A DNA stretch of 64,000 bases from Macrostomum hystrix (GCA_950097015.1 CATNEN010000001.1:4898001-4962000), one strand, 5' to 3'; numbered from the stretch's first letter, positions 1 to 12,450 are shown. The notes: generated by a model not told the origin, from the letters alone. Made by a program: numbers and translations.

Positions 1-574
1 GAAATAATAAAACCAAGATTAGAGATAACAATAACTAGTACAGGGTAGTCTTGTAAATGTTAGGGCACAGTAAATAGGTCAATAAAGATGCTAGAGGGCA
101 TGGTGGACTTGTTTGACATTATTAGATAATTCTAAAGTAACAACAGTCAGGTGCCCAACAACTGGATCAAGCAACCTTTCAACCTTTATTGCTTTCATAT
201 TGCTACCCATAGTGAGGAAATGTTGACAAAATTTCCATAAAACTTTTTAACTAGCCAGCAAGACTGGATGGTTTTATAAGAGGACATTTGGCTTTCGACA
301 AACCCCAACTAGCTAGCGACGATAAACAAAACAGATACACAGAATTTCAATTGTAACTAAGTAGCTAAGATAAACGAAAAATCGCAGGATTGCATTTCTT
401 TGTGACCATTGAGTGAGTTATGTAGCTAGCAAACTCAACTCGTAGCTAGATTTTATAATATATAACAGCAACACAATTCACCGATATTCACCGTTACAAT
501 TTTCAATTTCAATTATAAAATTTTTAACTAACTTTAAAACAAAAATTACAGAGTGATAAATTGAGATGGTTTAA

Positions 575-2315
575 AGAGAAAGGAATAAGAGGAGAGACAG
601 AAAAATAGAGGGCGTGAGAGGTCTAGAGGATGATGACAGAAGGGGAGAGAGGGCTATGGGAGAGAAGGAAGAAAGAGAGGGGAGATGGAAGAAAGAGAAG
701 AGATTGCAAGGGGAGAAAGAGAGGAGGGGAGAAAGAGAGGAGGGGAGAAAGAGAGGAGGGGAGAGAGGGCTAGGGGAGAGAAGGAAGAGAGGGGAGAGAA
801 GGAAGAAAGAGAGGGGAGAGAAGGAAGAAAGAGAGGGGAGAGAAGGAAGAAAGAGAGGGGAGAGAAGGAAGAAAGAGAGAGAAGGAAGAAAGAGAGGGGA
901 GAGAAGGAAGAAAGAGAGAGAAGGAAGAAAGAGAGGGGAGAGAAGGAAGAAAGAGAGAGAAGGAAGAAAGAGAGGGGAGAGAAGGAAGAAAGAGAGGGGA
1001 GAGAAGAAAGAGAGGGGAAATGGAAGAAAGAGAGGGGAGAGAAGAAAGAGAGGGGAGATGGAAGAAAGAGAGGGGAGAGAAGGAAGAAAGAGAGGGGAGA
1101 GAGGAAAGAGAGGGGAGAGAAGGAAGAAAGAGAGGGGAGAGAAGAAAGAGAGGGGAAATGGAAGAAAGAGAGGTCTGAGAGGAGAGATGGAAGAAAGAGA
1201 GGGGAGATAGAAGAAAGAAAGGGGAGAGAAGGAAGAGAGGGGAGAGAAGAAAGAGAGGGGAGATGGAAGAAAGAGAGGGGAGAGAAGGAAGAGAGGGGAG
1301 AGAAGAAAGAGAGGGGAGATAGAAGAAAGAGAGGGGAGAAGGAAGAAAGAGAGGGGAGATGGAAGAAAGAGAGGGGAGAGAAGGAAGAAAGAGAGGGGAG
1401 AGAAGAAAGAGAGGGGAAATGGAAGAAAGAGAGGTCTGAGAGGAGAGATGGAAGAAAGAGAGGGGAGATAGAAGAAAGAGAGGGGAGAGAAGGAAGAGAG
1501 GGGAGAGAAGAAAGAGAGGGGAGAGAAGAAAGAGGGGAGAGAAGAAAGAGAGGGGAGATAGAAGGAAGAGAGGGGAGAGAAGAAAGAGAGGGGAGAGAAG
1601 AAAGAGAGGGGAAATGGAAGAAAGAGAGGGGAGAAGGAAGAAAGAGAGGGGAGATGGAAGAAAGAGAGGGGAGAGAAGAAAGAGAGGGGAAATGGAAGAA
1701 AGAGAGGGGAGAGAAGAAAGAGAGGGGAGATAGAAGAAAGAGAGGGGAGAAGGAAGAAAGAGAGGAGAGATGGAAGAAAGAGAGGGGAGAGAAGGAGGAA
1801 AGAGAGGGGAGAGAAGGAAGAAAGAGAGGGGAAATGGAAGAAAGAGAGGTCTGAGAGGAGAGATGGAAGAAAGAGAGGGGAGATAGAAGAAAGAGAGGGG
1901 AGAGAAGGAAGAGAGGGGAGAGAAGAAAGAGAGGGGAGAGAAGAAAGAGAGGGGAGAGAAGAAAGAGAGGGGAAATGGAAGAAAGAGAGGGGAAATGGAA
2001 GAAAGAGAGGGGAGATGGAAGAAAGAGAGGGGAGATGGAAGAAAGAGAGGGGAGAGAAGGAAGAAAGAGAGGGGAGAGAGGAAAGAGAGGGGAGAGAAGG
2101 AAGAAAGAGAGGGGAGAGAGGAAAGAGAGGGGAGAGAAGGAAGAAAGAGAGGGGAGAGAGGAAAGAGAGGGGAGAGAAGGAAGAAAGAAAAGAGTTGGCA
2201 AGGATAGAAAAAGAATGGAGAGAGGGCGAGGGGTGAATGAGAGGGGAGAGAGCTAAGGAAGAGGGGAGACACGGAAGAAAGAGGGGAGAATGTTTTAACG
2301 AGAGGGGAGGGGAGA
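575..2315. repeat. ~1.7 kb near-pure polypurine (GA-rich) low-complexity tandem array in the intron after the first coding exon of yorkie
   Basis: Built from GAAGAAAGAGAGGGGAGA-type units with almost no C/T on the + strand. The ORFs across it are repeat artefacts. Confidence 0.95.
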
Positions 2316-2338
2316 ATTCCACAAGCGCATAAACTCAC

Positions 2339-3402
2339 TCCTTGCCCATATTTGCCAAATCTGGATGCTGCTCATGATAGAACTCCAAGTTGGTCGCCCC
2401 AGATACTACAGGGACGTTGCCGCCTACAGCTAGATTGGGATGGCTCGACTGCTGCTGCTGTTGCTGAACAATCATTGATTGGGACATCAGATTCTGCTGC
2501 TGCTGCTGAAGTAGTTGCTGATGCTGCGAATATTGGATATACGTTTCACTCATTGCGAAAGGAGCCTGCATTTGCTGCTGCTGCTGCTGTGCTGCATAAA
2601 CAGTTGAAGTTCCGCCAGCAGCTTTCTTCACTGAGTTAGAAGAGATCGGTCCACCAAATTGCTGCTGCTGGTTAGACATCTTGGCTGGCGAGGAGTGCGC
2701 TCTGGCGTGTACAACCGGACTGAGCATGTTAGCAACTGGTCCAGGTGGTAACTGCAGTTTGTTATTGCCGTTATTAGCGTGCCCATTGCCCGCGTGTATT
2801 GCTAGCTGGCGCTGGTGCAGAGCTGCCGCCGTCGCTGCGTGTTGATGCTGATGGTGAAAGTACAGTCCACCGCCGCCAGTAAAGCTGCCGCCACCACCTC
2901 GCACGTGCTGAATGAGCTGATGCTGCACCTGCGGCGGCTGCTGCTGCTGCTGCTGCTGGAGATGAAGGAACTCGCCAGATTCCGAGAACTTGATGTTGCT
3001 GAAAGTCTCGTTTAAAGCTAGATCTGAGCCACAGCTGCTCTTGGTCGAAGAGGCGTGTGGCAGAAATGGCACCGAGGAGGGCTCAGTGCAGGGACCGTCA
3101 GGATACAGATGATCCAGATTGGGCGACACCGAGGAAGCCACGCTGGGCGATTTTGAAGCCGATGGGCCGAATGCTCTAGACGCAGGCGCCAGGTGCGCGT
3201 TGGGCTCGAAAAACGACGCGGGGAAATTTCTATCCTTCATTGGCTTCGCCGAAATTGACGACCGTGGATCGGTCACAACTCGAAACATTTCCTCGATGCT
3301 ATTGCCCGAATCTTCTCTGGTGTGCACTTGAATATTACCAGCACTCATTGTGCCAGTATATCCTCCGCCAAAATCCTCAGAATACTGAGGAGGAAGCGCC
3401 AT
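2339..3402 (-). CDS. yki: Yorkie/YAP homolog, first coding exon (no further exon identified; gene probably continues beyond window start)
   Basis: The TEAD-binding domain is recognisable (IQVHTREDSGNSIEEMF...PMKDRNFPASFFEP vs YAP IVHVRGDSETDLEALF...PMRLRKLPDSFFKP). The LATS/14-3-3 motif HARAHSSPA matches YAP HVRAHSSPA (S127). ATG at 3402; donor GA|GTGAGT at 2339/2338. WW exons are not seen in the window. Confidence 0.92.
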
Positions 3403-4686
3403 TGTGCTTCGTCGAAAAGGGAGGTCTAACTTTTTGCAGAAAAAATGTTGTTTAAATACCAGCAAAACATTTTGTAAGGGTTAAACAAAATACAAAAAAA
3501 GAAATAAAACTTACGTAGGAAGATATAAAATAACTTATTTAAGAAATGTAGAAAGTATTTTTAAGATAATAAAAAAGATTTATGTAATAGCATTGTTTTT
3601 TAACGTGCGCGATAAGTTAGCGTATTGATGTTTTGATTTTCTATATAGTGTGACTTCAATTTGGCAGAAAATCTATTATAGAGGATTCGTATACTTATAA
3701 GCAAATTACAAAATAAAAGCTTTGATACATTTTAGCGGGCGCAGAGAGTCATACGAAAACTTACTACTTAATTTTGTATAAAAGACTACATCGTTAGCAA
3801 ACTCACTTTAGTGAGTTTAGTGAGTTTGCTGCTATTGAAATTGAAAGATTGTGTTGTTGTCTTGCTGAACGAGTATTCCTTTTTGTATATGCTTTTCTCC
3901 TTTTTAAATTTGCTTTTGTATTCGTACGCATTTAAATTGAGCATTCTTATATAATTAACCAATAGTTTGTACTGTTCACAGAAAAGCAGCAATCATATGA
4001 TTTTACAGACCAATAAAATTTGTCTTTTTCGTTAGAATTTGAAAAAATCATGAAATTTCTTTGAATTAGAAAAGAGCATTAAATTTTGTGACATCTTATC
4101 AGTTACGCAATTTTATTTAGACATAAAGCACTTGAATTGTACATAAACAGCACTTGAAATTATGTTTTAAATAGACATTTAATTATTCAATGAATTACCA
4201 TCTACCCCAAGTCCAGTGAGCAACTAATAAATTAGAAGTTGATATTGTAATTATGGATAACTGTTTGATTTGTATTTGAGACTTCTTTAAAGGAAATAAA
4301 TTTAAATATAATATATATATCAAATAAAAAATATATATAACGATATAGTAATAAATTATATTATAATTTTCATAATATCATAAATATATTTTAGTAAGAA
4401 TGAAATAATCGGCGCACAAATCATGAGTGTAATGAGGTAAAGAAAGCAGCTCCTTTGGCCTAAAAGACAAAATATATTAGTGAGCCTATTCTTTTGCTTA
4501 GTATTGCAATGTCGTCATGTCGGGCAGGATTTTTTAAGATTCAAAGATAGTTAGTGCTTAATCTAGATAAAAAATGAGTTAAATTATTTCTAACTACTAC
4601 TCATAGTAGCATAATTTAAAAGCCTCACGCATATTTTAAGTACATATTTATGCGATTTTGTGTATTTCGATTTTATACAATGGCCA

Positions 4687-6432
4687 GCCAAATGACAGCT
4701 GAATCAAGTGTAATGACCGCTGCCAAATGACAGCTGAATCAGTGTAATGACCCTGCCAAATGACAGCTGAATCAGTTTAATAACCCTGCCAAATGACAGC
4801 TGAATCAGTGTAATGACCCTGTGAAATGACAGCTGAATCAGTGTAATGACCCTGCCAAATGACAGCTGAATCAGTGTAATGACCCTGCCAAATGACAGCT
4901 GAATCAGTGTAATGACCGCTGCCAAATGACAGCTGAATCAGTGTAATGACCCTGCCAAATGACAGCTGAATCAGTTTAATAACCCTGCCAAATGACAGCT
5001 GAATCAGTGTAATGACCCTGTGAAATGACAGCTGAATCAGTGTAATGACCCTGCCAAATGACAGCTGAATCAGTGTAATGACCCTGCCAAATGACAGCTG
5101 AATCAGTGTAATGACCCTGCCAAATGACAGCTGAATCAGTGTAATGACCCTGTGAAATGACAGCTGAATCAGTGTAATGACCCTGCCAAATGACAGCTGA
5201 ATCAGTGTAATGACCCTGCCAAATGACAGCTGAATCAGTGTAATGACCGCTGCCAAATGACAGCTGAACCAGTGTAATGACCCTGCCAAATGACAGCTGA
5301 ATCAGTGTAATGACCCTGCCAAATGACAGCTGAATCAGTGTAATGACCCTGCCAAATGACAGCTGAATCAGTTTAATGACCCTGCCAAATGACAGCTGAA
5401 TCAGTGTAATGACCCTCCAAATGACAGCTGAATCAGTGTAATGACCCTGCCAAATGACAGCTGAATCAGTGTAATGACCCTGCCAAATGACAGCTGAATC
5501 AGTGTAATGACCCTGCCAAATGACAGCTGAATCAGTTTAATGACCGCTGCCAAATGACAGCTGAATCAGTGTAATGACCGCTGCCAAATGACAGCTGAAT
5601 CAAGTGTAATGACCCTGCCAAATGACAGCTGAATCAAGTGTAATGACCCTGCCAAATGACAGCTGAATCAGTGTAATGACCCTGCCAAATGACAGCTGAA
5701 TCAGTTTAATGACCCTGCCAAATGACAGCTGAATCAGTGTAATGACCGCTGCCAAATGACAGCTGAATCAGTGTAATGACCCTGCCAAATGACAGCTGAA
5801 TCAGTGTAAATGACCCTCCAAATGACAGCTGAATCAGTGTAATGACCGCTGCCAAATGACAGCTGAATCAGTGTAATGACCGCTGCCAAATGACAGCTGA
5901 ATCAGTGTAATGACCCTGCCAAATGACAGCTGAATCAGTGTAATGACCGCTGCCAAATGACAGCTGAATCAAGTGTAATGACCCTCCAAATGACAGCTGA
6001 ATCAGTGTAATGACCGCTGCCAAATGACAGCTGAATCAAGTGTAATGACCCTGCCAAATGACAGCTGAATCAGTGTAATGACCCTGCCAAATGACAGCTG
6101 AATCAGTGTAAATGACCCTCCAAATGACAGCTGAATCAGTGTAATGACCGCTGCCAAATGACAGCTGAATCAGTGTAATGACCGCTGCCAAATGACAGCT
6201 GAATCAGTGTAATGACCCTGCCAAATGACAGCTGAATCAGTGTAAATGACCCTCCAAATGACAGCTGAATCAGTGTAATGACCGCTGCCAAATGACAGCT
6301 GAATCAGTGTAATGACCGCTGCCAAATGACAGCTGAATCAGTGTAATGACCCTGCCAAATGACAGCTGAATCAGTGTAATGACCCTGCCAAATGACAGCT
6401 GAATCAAGTGTAATGACCCTGCCAAATGACAG
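4687..6432. repeat. 33-bp minisatellite (CCAAATGACAGCTGAATCAGTGTAATGACCCTG), ~52 copies
   Basis: Direct tandem units with 1-bp indel variants. The translated track shows an 11-aa period. Confidence 0.97.
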
Positions 6433-7531
6433 CATAGGTAGGTAATATATTATAATTAAAGGTGAAAGCCAGACTAAAGCGCACCAAACTACCATATCCT
6501 TTTGTCCAACTTTGTTAGGGAATAAGGACAAAAGTAAAAAAGAGTTCTTACAAAAAAAGGAAAGATATTTATATAACATAGCGTATAAGCGATTTGTGCT
6601 AATTAATTTACTGACGTAAAAAATTCAATACGAATTCCTGACTGAATGACATGGCGCCAGAAACTACTTCCTAGACAAACCTAGCTTGGACTTAGGAAAT
6701 CAGTAATTAATATGTTTTAATACTACTAATACTAATACTACTAGTATTAGTAAACTATCTTTAAACCGCAATTTCAAGAATAAAGTTAGCTAGATTGCCT
6801 GTTTTATTCAAATTAGGTATAGTCCCAGAGAGGTAGGGTACTTGTGTAGGAAAGCTCGACAAGAAATTAATCAAAGCAATAATTTCAACTCTGATGTAGT
6901 TTGATAATACCATAATTGTCTATGCAACGCACAATGCCATTGCTATGCCAACGCACAAAAAGAAGAAAAAAGCAATGGGCTATGTACATTAAAGTATTTT
7001 GTATGTCTCATTAGACCAGAACACTACATAATTAAAGTAATGCAACTTCGACTCTATGATAGGAGGGCAGCGCTCAGTTCAAGATACAGTAACGTGCAAC
7101 ACCCCGTGCTGAAGAAAGAAAAATTTTCTCGCTAATTCTCTTCTTTTTCTCGTCGCTTTTGCACGTCCGTCTGTCGCTGCTTGTGTGCGTGCGTGTTTGG
7201 CTCTGTTGGCTTTGGACCCACCCCATTTGGGACAGCATATTAAGGGGTTGGTTGGTTAACCCAGGCTAGCAGGGCTATTTGCAATGCGCACCACACGTTG
7301 CATCTGTGCGAGCTAGTGAGCAACCCACCCTCCCCGCTAAGACCTCCGTCAATTGTGCCGACCGCTTATACAATAGGTTGAATAGAGAGAAGGGCCTTCC
7401 AATATCAGAGAGACAGAGGGAGAGAGAGCACCGCTTAGGCTTAGAAAAAGAACAGTGAAAGCAAGCTAGAGCCGGAAGACGCAGGCTTTTAGAAACGACA
7501 GCAGCATCGCTGCTAGCTGGCAATTTGCATC

Positions 7532-10294
7532 ATGTCTAAACTGCTACTGTTGCTGCTGCTGCTGTTGCTAGTCCCGCTTCATCCCTACGCGCATCATATC
7601 ACAACTAGCGGCACGCCGGATTGTCGAGTTGAAAAAATTCTCCCGTATAGCACCATCACCTGCTCTGGTAATGGCATCAACGAGGTACCAACGGTCGATG
7701 CCGGCTTGCAAGTGAAAATCTTCTACCTGGACTCTTGCTCAATCACAGCCATTGGACCAGACAGCTTTGCCAATCTATCTGACTCGCTGACCTATCTCAG
7801 AATAAACAGTACAGTCCCGATCGCAGACATTAGCGGCCACGCCTTTCGAAATCTTCGCATCCTCACCGAGCTCATAGTTGTTGCTTCGGCGCTGCAGCCA
7901 ACGCCTGCTCAACCCGATCAGTTGTTGAGCACACTCTCTAGCCTGAATTTCCTACACCTGGAGAACGTGAAGCTCGGCCACCTGCCAACTGAATTCGCCG
8001 CTGGCACCAAGTTGACAACAATTCGCTTAATCAACGCAGACATTGTGAGCATTGCCAACGATGCCTTCAGTCGCTTGCCAACTCTGAGCGTCCTGGAGAT
8101 GTGCAAGAACCCGGCGGCATCGTCTTACATGCCCAGCCTACTGCGACAGATTGGCACGGTGGAGAATCTCACAATGACCTATTGTAGCCTGACCCAGGTG
8201 ACAACAGAAGCCAGCTTCAGTCGATTGTGCAGCATCAACCTGTCCAACAACCAGCTAACCTATCTCGACCTGCGCGGCTTCGGTGGCGTTGGGAAAACCT
8301 TGAAGGAGCTCAATCTTAACAACAATCAGCTCGTCTTCGACGGGCTCCCGGGGCTCGAACTAATGACAGCCCTGCAACGAATGTACATCACTGACAACCC
8401 GATGAAGCTTATGCCGGAAAAACTAGGCGAGCTGCAGTCGCTAGAAGTTCTGGATGCCCGTTCAACATCAATAACCCACCTCCGAGTTAGCGACTTCAGC
8501 GAGCGTTCCAACATGGTCTCGCTGAAAATGGATTTCACACCGTTGAAGATTATCGAAGTGCCGATGTTTAAAAAGCTCGGCCGGCTGGCTGAACTCAGCC
8601 TGATGCTGCCTACCTCTCCGGTGCTAATCAGATCAATAGCGGACCAGCAGATCGCGAGCTGGACCGAGATGCTGACAAATCTCATTGCGCTGCGGAATCT
8701 TACACTCAGAGGCTACGGTTCGGAACGTCACAGCGGCCTCGACGACACTGTGTGGCCTGGCTTGACTGGCAATCAGGAGTTGCGGCGCCTTTTCCTAGAC
8801 TACAATAAAATCGCCAGCGTGCCAGATTTTCAGTTCGCCCAGACGCCTCTAGATTTACTCAGCCTGCGTGGCAACGAAATCAAAGCGCTTAACTCGGCGA
8901 GTCTCTACGGCTTGTCTCCTGGCGCCCAAGTGCAGCTGCAGGAAAACAGTCTGACGAGCCTGGACAACTGCACATTAGCTGGCCTCACTAGCTTGTCTAG
9001 GGTGGAACTCGACGGGAATCCATGGCGCTGCGACTGTGGCCTGGTGTGGCTGCTCGATCGAGTGCGCAACGAAGCCGGGAGTGCCGCCCTCTCACGCCTC
9101 ACCTGCCACCAGCCAACCAGCTTGCGCGGCCGCTCCTGGTCCGACCTGACAGCGGCTGACTTCTGCCCGGATGGGGCGCCAGCTCCGACTGCTTGCGAAG
9201 TGCGCGAGCCGCCGACAACTCCAGCTCCGACACCGACGGCTTTCCCGTATCCTCTAGACATCAAGCTGGCCATGGAGCCGGGAGGTGAGCAGATGATGGT
9301 GCGCATGACTGTCAATGTCAGCAGCTTGGCCAGCCAATTCGCACGGTACATCGTTCGATACGGCATCGAGAGAGACTATCAACTGAAAAGTGACGTCAAA
9401 GACGCGCTAATATCGGTGAACTCGCTCACATTTCACCTGGACAGCATGCTGCCGCATCGCTTCTGCGTGATTCTTCAAAGATCGGCAACCGAAGCAGGCG
9501 CTGGTGATATTGATGGTCCGACAAACTGTAGAACCTTCACACCGACATCCCCAGATGCGCAACAGCAGCAACTGTCTACGGCGCAAATCACAGCCGCCGT
9601 GATTGTGCCGATTATTGGTCTAGTCTTAATTGTTCTGCTCATCTACTGTCTCGTCAAGAGGTCGCGTCGTCAAGAAGAGAAATCAGTCATGGCTGCTAGA
9701 GGAGACGACTACAATTCGTACACTTATGTGGAAAGCGAGGACCCCAACAGGGTTGGCCAATTTCTGAGCGCTCGAAAGCCCGAGAGTCGTCGCTTTACGA
9801 GGCGCAACGGAAGCAACCCGATAAACGGCTCGCAGCCAAGTTTGATCGCGACGCCTCCAACGAATCTGCAGCAGCAGCTACAGCGCCTTCAGCAGCAGAA
9901 CCAGATTCAGCAGATGGAGCTTCAACGAATGCAGCGCATTCACAGCATGAGCCAGTCGATTTTGCGCCAGTCGAATTCCGATCCATTCTCAACTAGCCTG
10001 CCGTCGGATCCTAGAGCGGCGATGCGATCCGCTCGCAGCACTGACGCCCTGATGTCGATGCTGTCACCTACCGGCGGCGGAGGTCCCTCCATCGGCGCTG
10101 TTGGCTACGGCAACCGGGCCCACAGTCAGGAGTTCGGCCTGGGCGATCATCCGATGCTGCAGCGCAGCAGGTCCGGCTTCGCTCAGTACCCCGTCGGAAC
10201 GGCGGACGAAGACGTCCCGCCACCGCTGCCGATGCGCAATCCGTCTCTGACCGCACTCAGACAGGAGTCCGTGTACGAGGAGATGGACACGTAG
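7532..10294 (+). CDS. Leucine-rich repeat type-I transmembrane protein, single exon, 920 aa
   Basis: Poly-Leu signal peptide, LRRNT cysteines, many LxxLxLxxN repeats, LRRCT (GNPWRCDCGLVWL...LTCHQP), a possible FN3-like segment, a TM helix (AAVIVPIIGLVLIVLLIYCLV), and a cytoplasmic tail with Tyr motifs and PPPLP. Confidence 0.93.
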   Translation: MSKLLLLLLLLLLVPLHPYAHHITTSGTPDCRVEKILPYSTITCSGNGINEVPTVDAGLQVKIFYLDSCSITAIGPDSFANLSDSLTYLRINSTVPIADISGHAFRNLRILTELIVVASALQPTPAQPDQLLSTLSSLNFLHLENVKLGHLPTEFAAGTKLTTIRLINADIVSIANDAFSRLPTLSVLEMCKNPAASSYMPSLLRQIGTVENLTMTYCSLTQVTTEASFSRLCSINLSNNQLTYLDLRGFGGVGKTLKELNLNNNQLVFDGLPGLELMTALQRMYITDNPMKLMPEKLGELQSLEVLDARSTSITHLRVSDFSERSNMVSLKMDFTPLKIIEVPMFKKLGRLAELSLMLPTSPVLIRSIADQQIASWTEMLTNLIALRNLTLRGYGSERHSGLDDTVWPGLTGNQELRRLFLDYNKIASVPDFQFAQTPLDLLSLRGNEIKALNSASLYGLSPGAQVQLQENSLTSLDNCTLAGLTSLSRVELDGNPWRCDCGLVWLLDRVRNEAGSAALSRLTCHQPTSLRGRSWSDLTAADFCPDGAPAPTACEVREPPTTPAPTPTAFPYPLDIKLAMEPGGEQMMVRMTVNVSSLASQFARYIVRYGIERDYQLKSDVKDALISVNSLTFHLDSMLPHRFCVILQRSATEAGAGDIDGPTNCRTFTPTSPDAQQQQLSTAQITAAVIVPIIGLVLIVLLIYCLVKRSRRQEEKSVMAARGDDYNSYTYVESEDPNRVGQFLSARKPESRRFTRRNGSNPINGSQPSLIATPPTNLQQQLQRLQQQNQIQQMELQRMQRIHSMSQSILRQSNSDPFSTSLPSDPRAAMRSARSTDALMSMLSPTGGGGPSIGAVGYGNRAHSQEFGLGDHPMLQRSRSGFAQYPVGTADEDVPPPLPMRNPSLTALRQESVYEEMDT

Positions 10295-10319
10295 GAAAAC
10301 TAGTCTTATCCAGCTATCG

Positions 10320-10489
10320 CAGGGGTCAGCAAACTTATTAGCCTGCGGGAAGACGATAGATGAGACTCTCCATCTCCAGCTGAGAGAGATATGAGATAGG
10401 ATACTGTAGGTGTTTCTGGGGGCAACGGGCCGGATTTGGGAGCTTCGAGGGCCGCATCTGGCCCGCGGGCCGGAGTTTGCCGACCCCTG
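10320..10489. mobile_element. 170-bp hAT (Charlie/MER5-like) MITE just downstream of the LRR stop codon
   Basis: TIRs CAGGGGTCAGCAAAC ... GTTTGCCGACCCCTG. 8-bp TSD AGCTATCG / ACCTATCG (7/8 match). Confidence 0.88.
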
Positions 10490-11227
10490 ACCTATCGGAT
10501 TAAACAGCCATTATACTTGTCTAACTAAGTTATACTAAACGTGAATCAACTGTTGCTCTGTTCTCTACCCCCAACTGTCTTTGTCCATTTTGCATGCCCT
10601 ACCTGCTCATTTCTCCATGATATTCTGTGCTAATTGTTCGCCGTAATATTGTGATTGCAATTCAATTTTTTGTTTTTCATTCGTTCTTAGACTTTGACTC
10701 GAGTTCCGTTGACTGTACTTTACTGTAATAGACAGTCAATAACAAATGTCAGCAGACAGCAGTAAAATAGTTTACTCATAAAATAAGCATGTTAGATCGC
10801 CAAATCAAATTTCAAATGCGTCATACTTTGTTTTTAAACTCGGTTATAACTAAATTAATTGCACTTAAAAATTTACTCACTGCTCTTTGATAGTATTTTA
10901 TTACTTGTAATACTTGAAATGCTACATTTTTGTACTAGTAATTCTTCACATAAGCAGTCGATTTTTACTGAACAAGTTTGAACATTTATAAAACAAAGAA
11001 GACTTTATAACTGTGTTGTTTCATCAATTGCTGTTCTAGGATAACATGCTTCACACACTCGTAATCTTTGTACATTATTTGCTCTTTATACTCGTACTAA
11101 AATTTAGTGCTTTGAAAAGTAAATTTTACATTTCATAATAAATATTTGTTGTTAGTGATGAGCTTCTGAAACTGTAAAATTGATTGCCACGACTTCTAAC
11201 CTTTTTTTAAATATATACTTTGGGATT

Positions 11228-11470
11228 GGGATTCTACGAATTGGGATTCTACGAATTGGGATTCTACGAATTGGGATTCTACGAATTGGGATTCTACGAA
11301 TTGGGATTCTACGAATTGGGATTCTACGAATTGGGATTCTACGAATTGGGATTCTACGAATTGGGATTCTACGAATTGGGATTCTACGAATTGGGATTCT
11401 ACGAATTGGGATTCTACGAATTGGGATTCTACGAATTGGGATTCTACGAATTGGGATTCTACGAATTGGG
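11228..11470. repeat. 15-bp perfect minisatellite (GGGATTCTACGAATT) x16
   Basis: Perfect tandem array, followed by degenerate CTCATAGTCAA repeats. Confidence 0.97.
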
Positions 11471-12139
11471 ATTCAACTCATAGTCAACTCATAGTCAACT
11501 CATTGTCTAATCATAGTCCACTCGACTCATAGTCACCTCACCTCATAGTCAACTCATTGTTAGCTCCATCTCAACTATATTGCTTCAATAAGCTAAACAA
11601 TAGGTGAACTATGTCTCACTCACAACCTATTCTAGTTGCAGTCAAACTCCACTCATCACTATGTAACACGCTATTCTCAATAAATAAATATAGACTTCAG
11701 TGATTGAAGTGTACAATTTCAGTGCTTGAAGCCAAACACCCATGGCTATATTGCTTATCGAGTGTCGTCATTAATAATTAATGACAGGCATTGTTCTATT
11801 ACATTTATAGGGCTGGGAGTAAGTACACTACAATATATAGCCCAGCCATCAGGGACTTTGCAACTAACTCCCCATTTTAATGATTATTCTCTATAGACCG
11901 GTGGACTTGCTCCGGTCATCTCAAGTGTTTTACTGACCCAGATGCACGTGACTTGGGAGGAGCAGCTCTTTTGACGATAATAACAACGCTCTAACAGTTG
12001 TTTTCTTAATATGCCACAAAAATGTTATAGAAAACTATAATGACTATTATCATTACATGCATAGACCAACAGTTGCAGACTTTTGTGTTCGGGTTGTAGC
12101 CTATAGTTGTTAGAGAGTCCGTTACCAAGGAGAGTTCGT

Positions 12140-12270
12140 TAACTCTGCATTGCTTCAGTTCACTCAGCTGTTAATAACGGGTACCAGCATCAGCTTGGAG
12201 TAATTGAGGGTGGGTGTGGCGTCTCCCCCCCAGTCCATGGACTGAACAGCCTTACGCTGCCTTTAGCGCA
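12140..12270 (+). mobile_element. SINE family A, 5'-truncated copy
   Basis: Highly similar to 18333-18455 (AACTCTGCATTGCTTCAGTT...GGGTACCAGCATCAGC...CCAGTCCATGGACTGAACAGCC). Confidence 0.8.
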
Positions 12271-12284
12271 CGAAAGAGTAAACA

Positions 12285-12450
12285 AACAATAACATTTTGC
12301 AGGAGCACTAGACCCGCAGCCAGCGAGGAGGCAATTCTGCCCCATTCCACTGAATCCTGAGCACATTCTCACACAGGGGTGCGAATTTGGCCTAACTGCG
12401 GAATCGAGCTCAGGGGCCTTGGCGCCAGAGGCAAACACTCACACTTACTC
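12285..12450 (-). mobile_element. SINE family B, internally deleted copy
   Basis: The tRNA-like head is joined directly to the 3' part. Similar to 30013-30395 and 18535-18856. Confidence 0.75.

Noticed and set aside
571-2338. Long S/L/P/F-rich and E/R/K/G-rich ORFs
   Set aside because: They are stop-free only because the DNA is a purine-only repeat, and they lie downstream of the yki splice donor.
4687-6432. CRISPR array or coding repeat
   Set aside because: There are no unique spacers, and frequent 1-bp indels break any reading frame.
7532-10294. Toll-like receptor, or a PPxY-bearing Yorkie partner
   Set aside because: There is no TIR domain and no cytoplasmic PPxY motif.
11180-11494. ILRIG / YELGF repeat ORFs; telomere-like array
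   Set aside because: It is a perfect 15-bp minisatellite, not TTAGGG, with no coding context.
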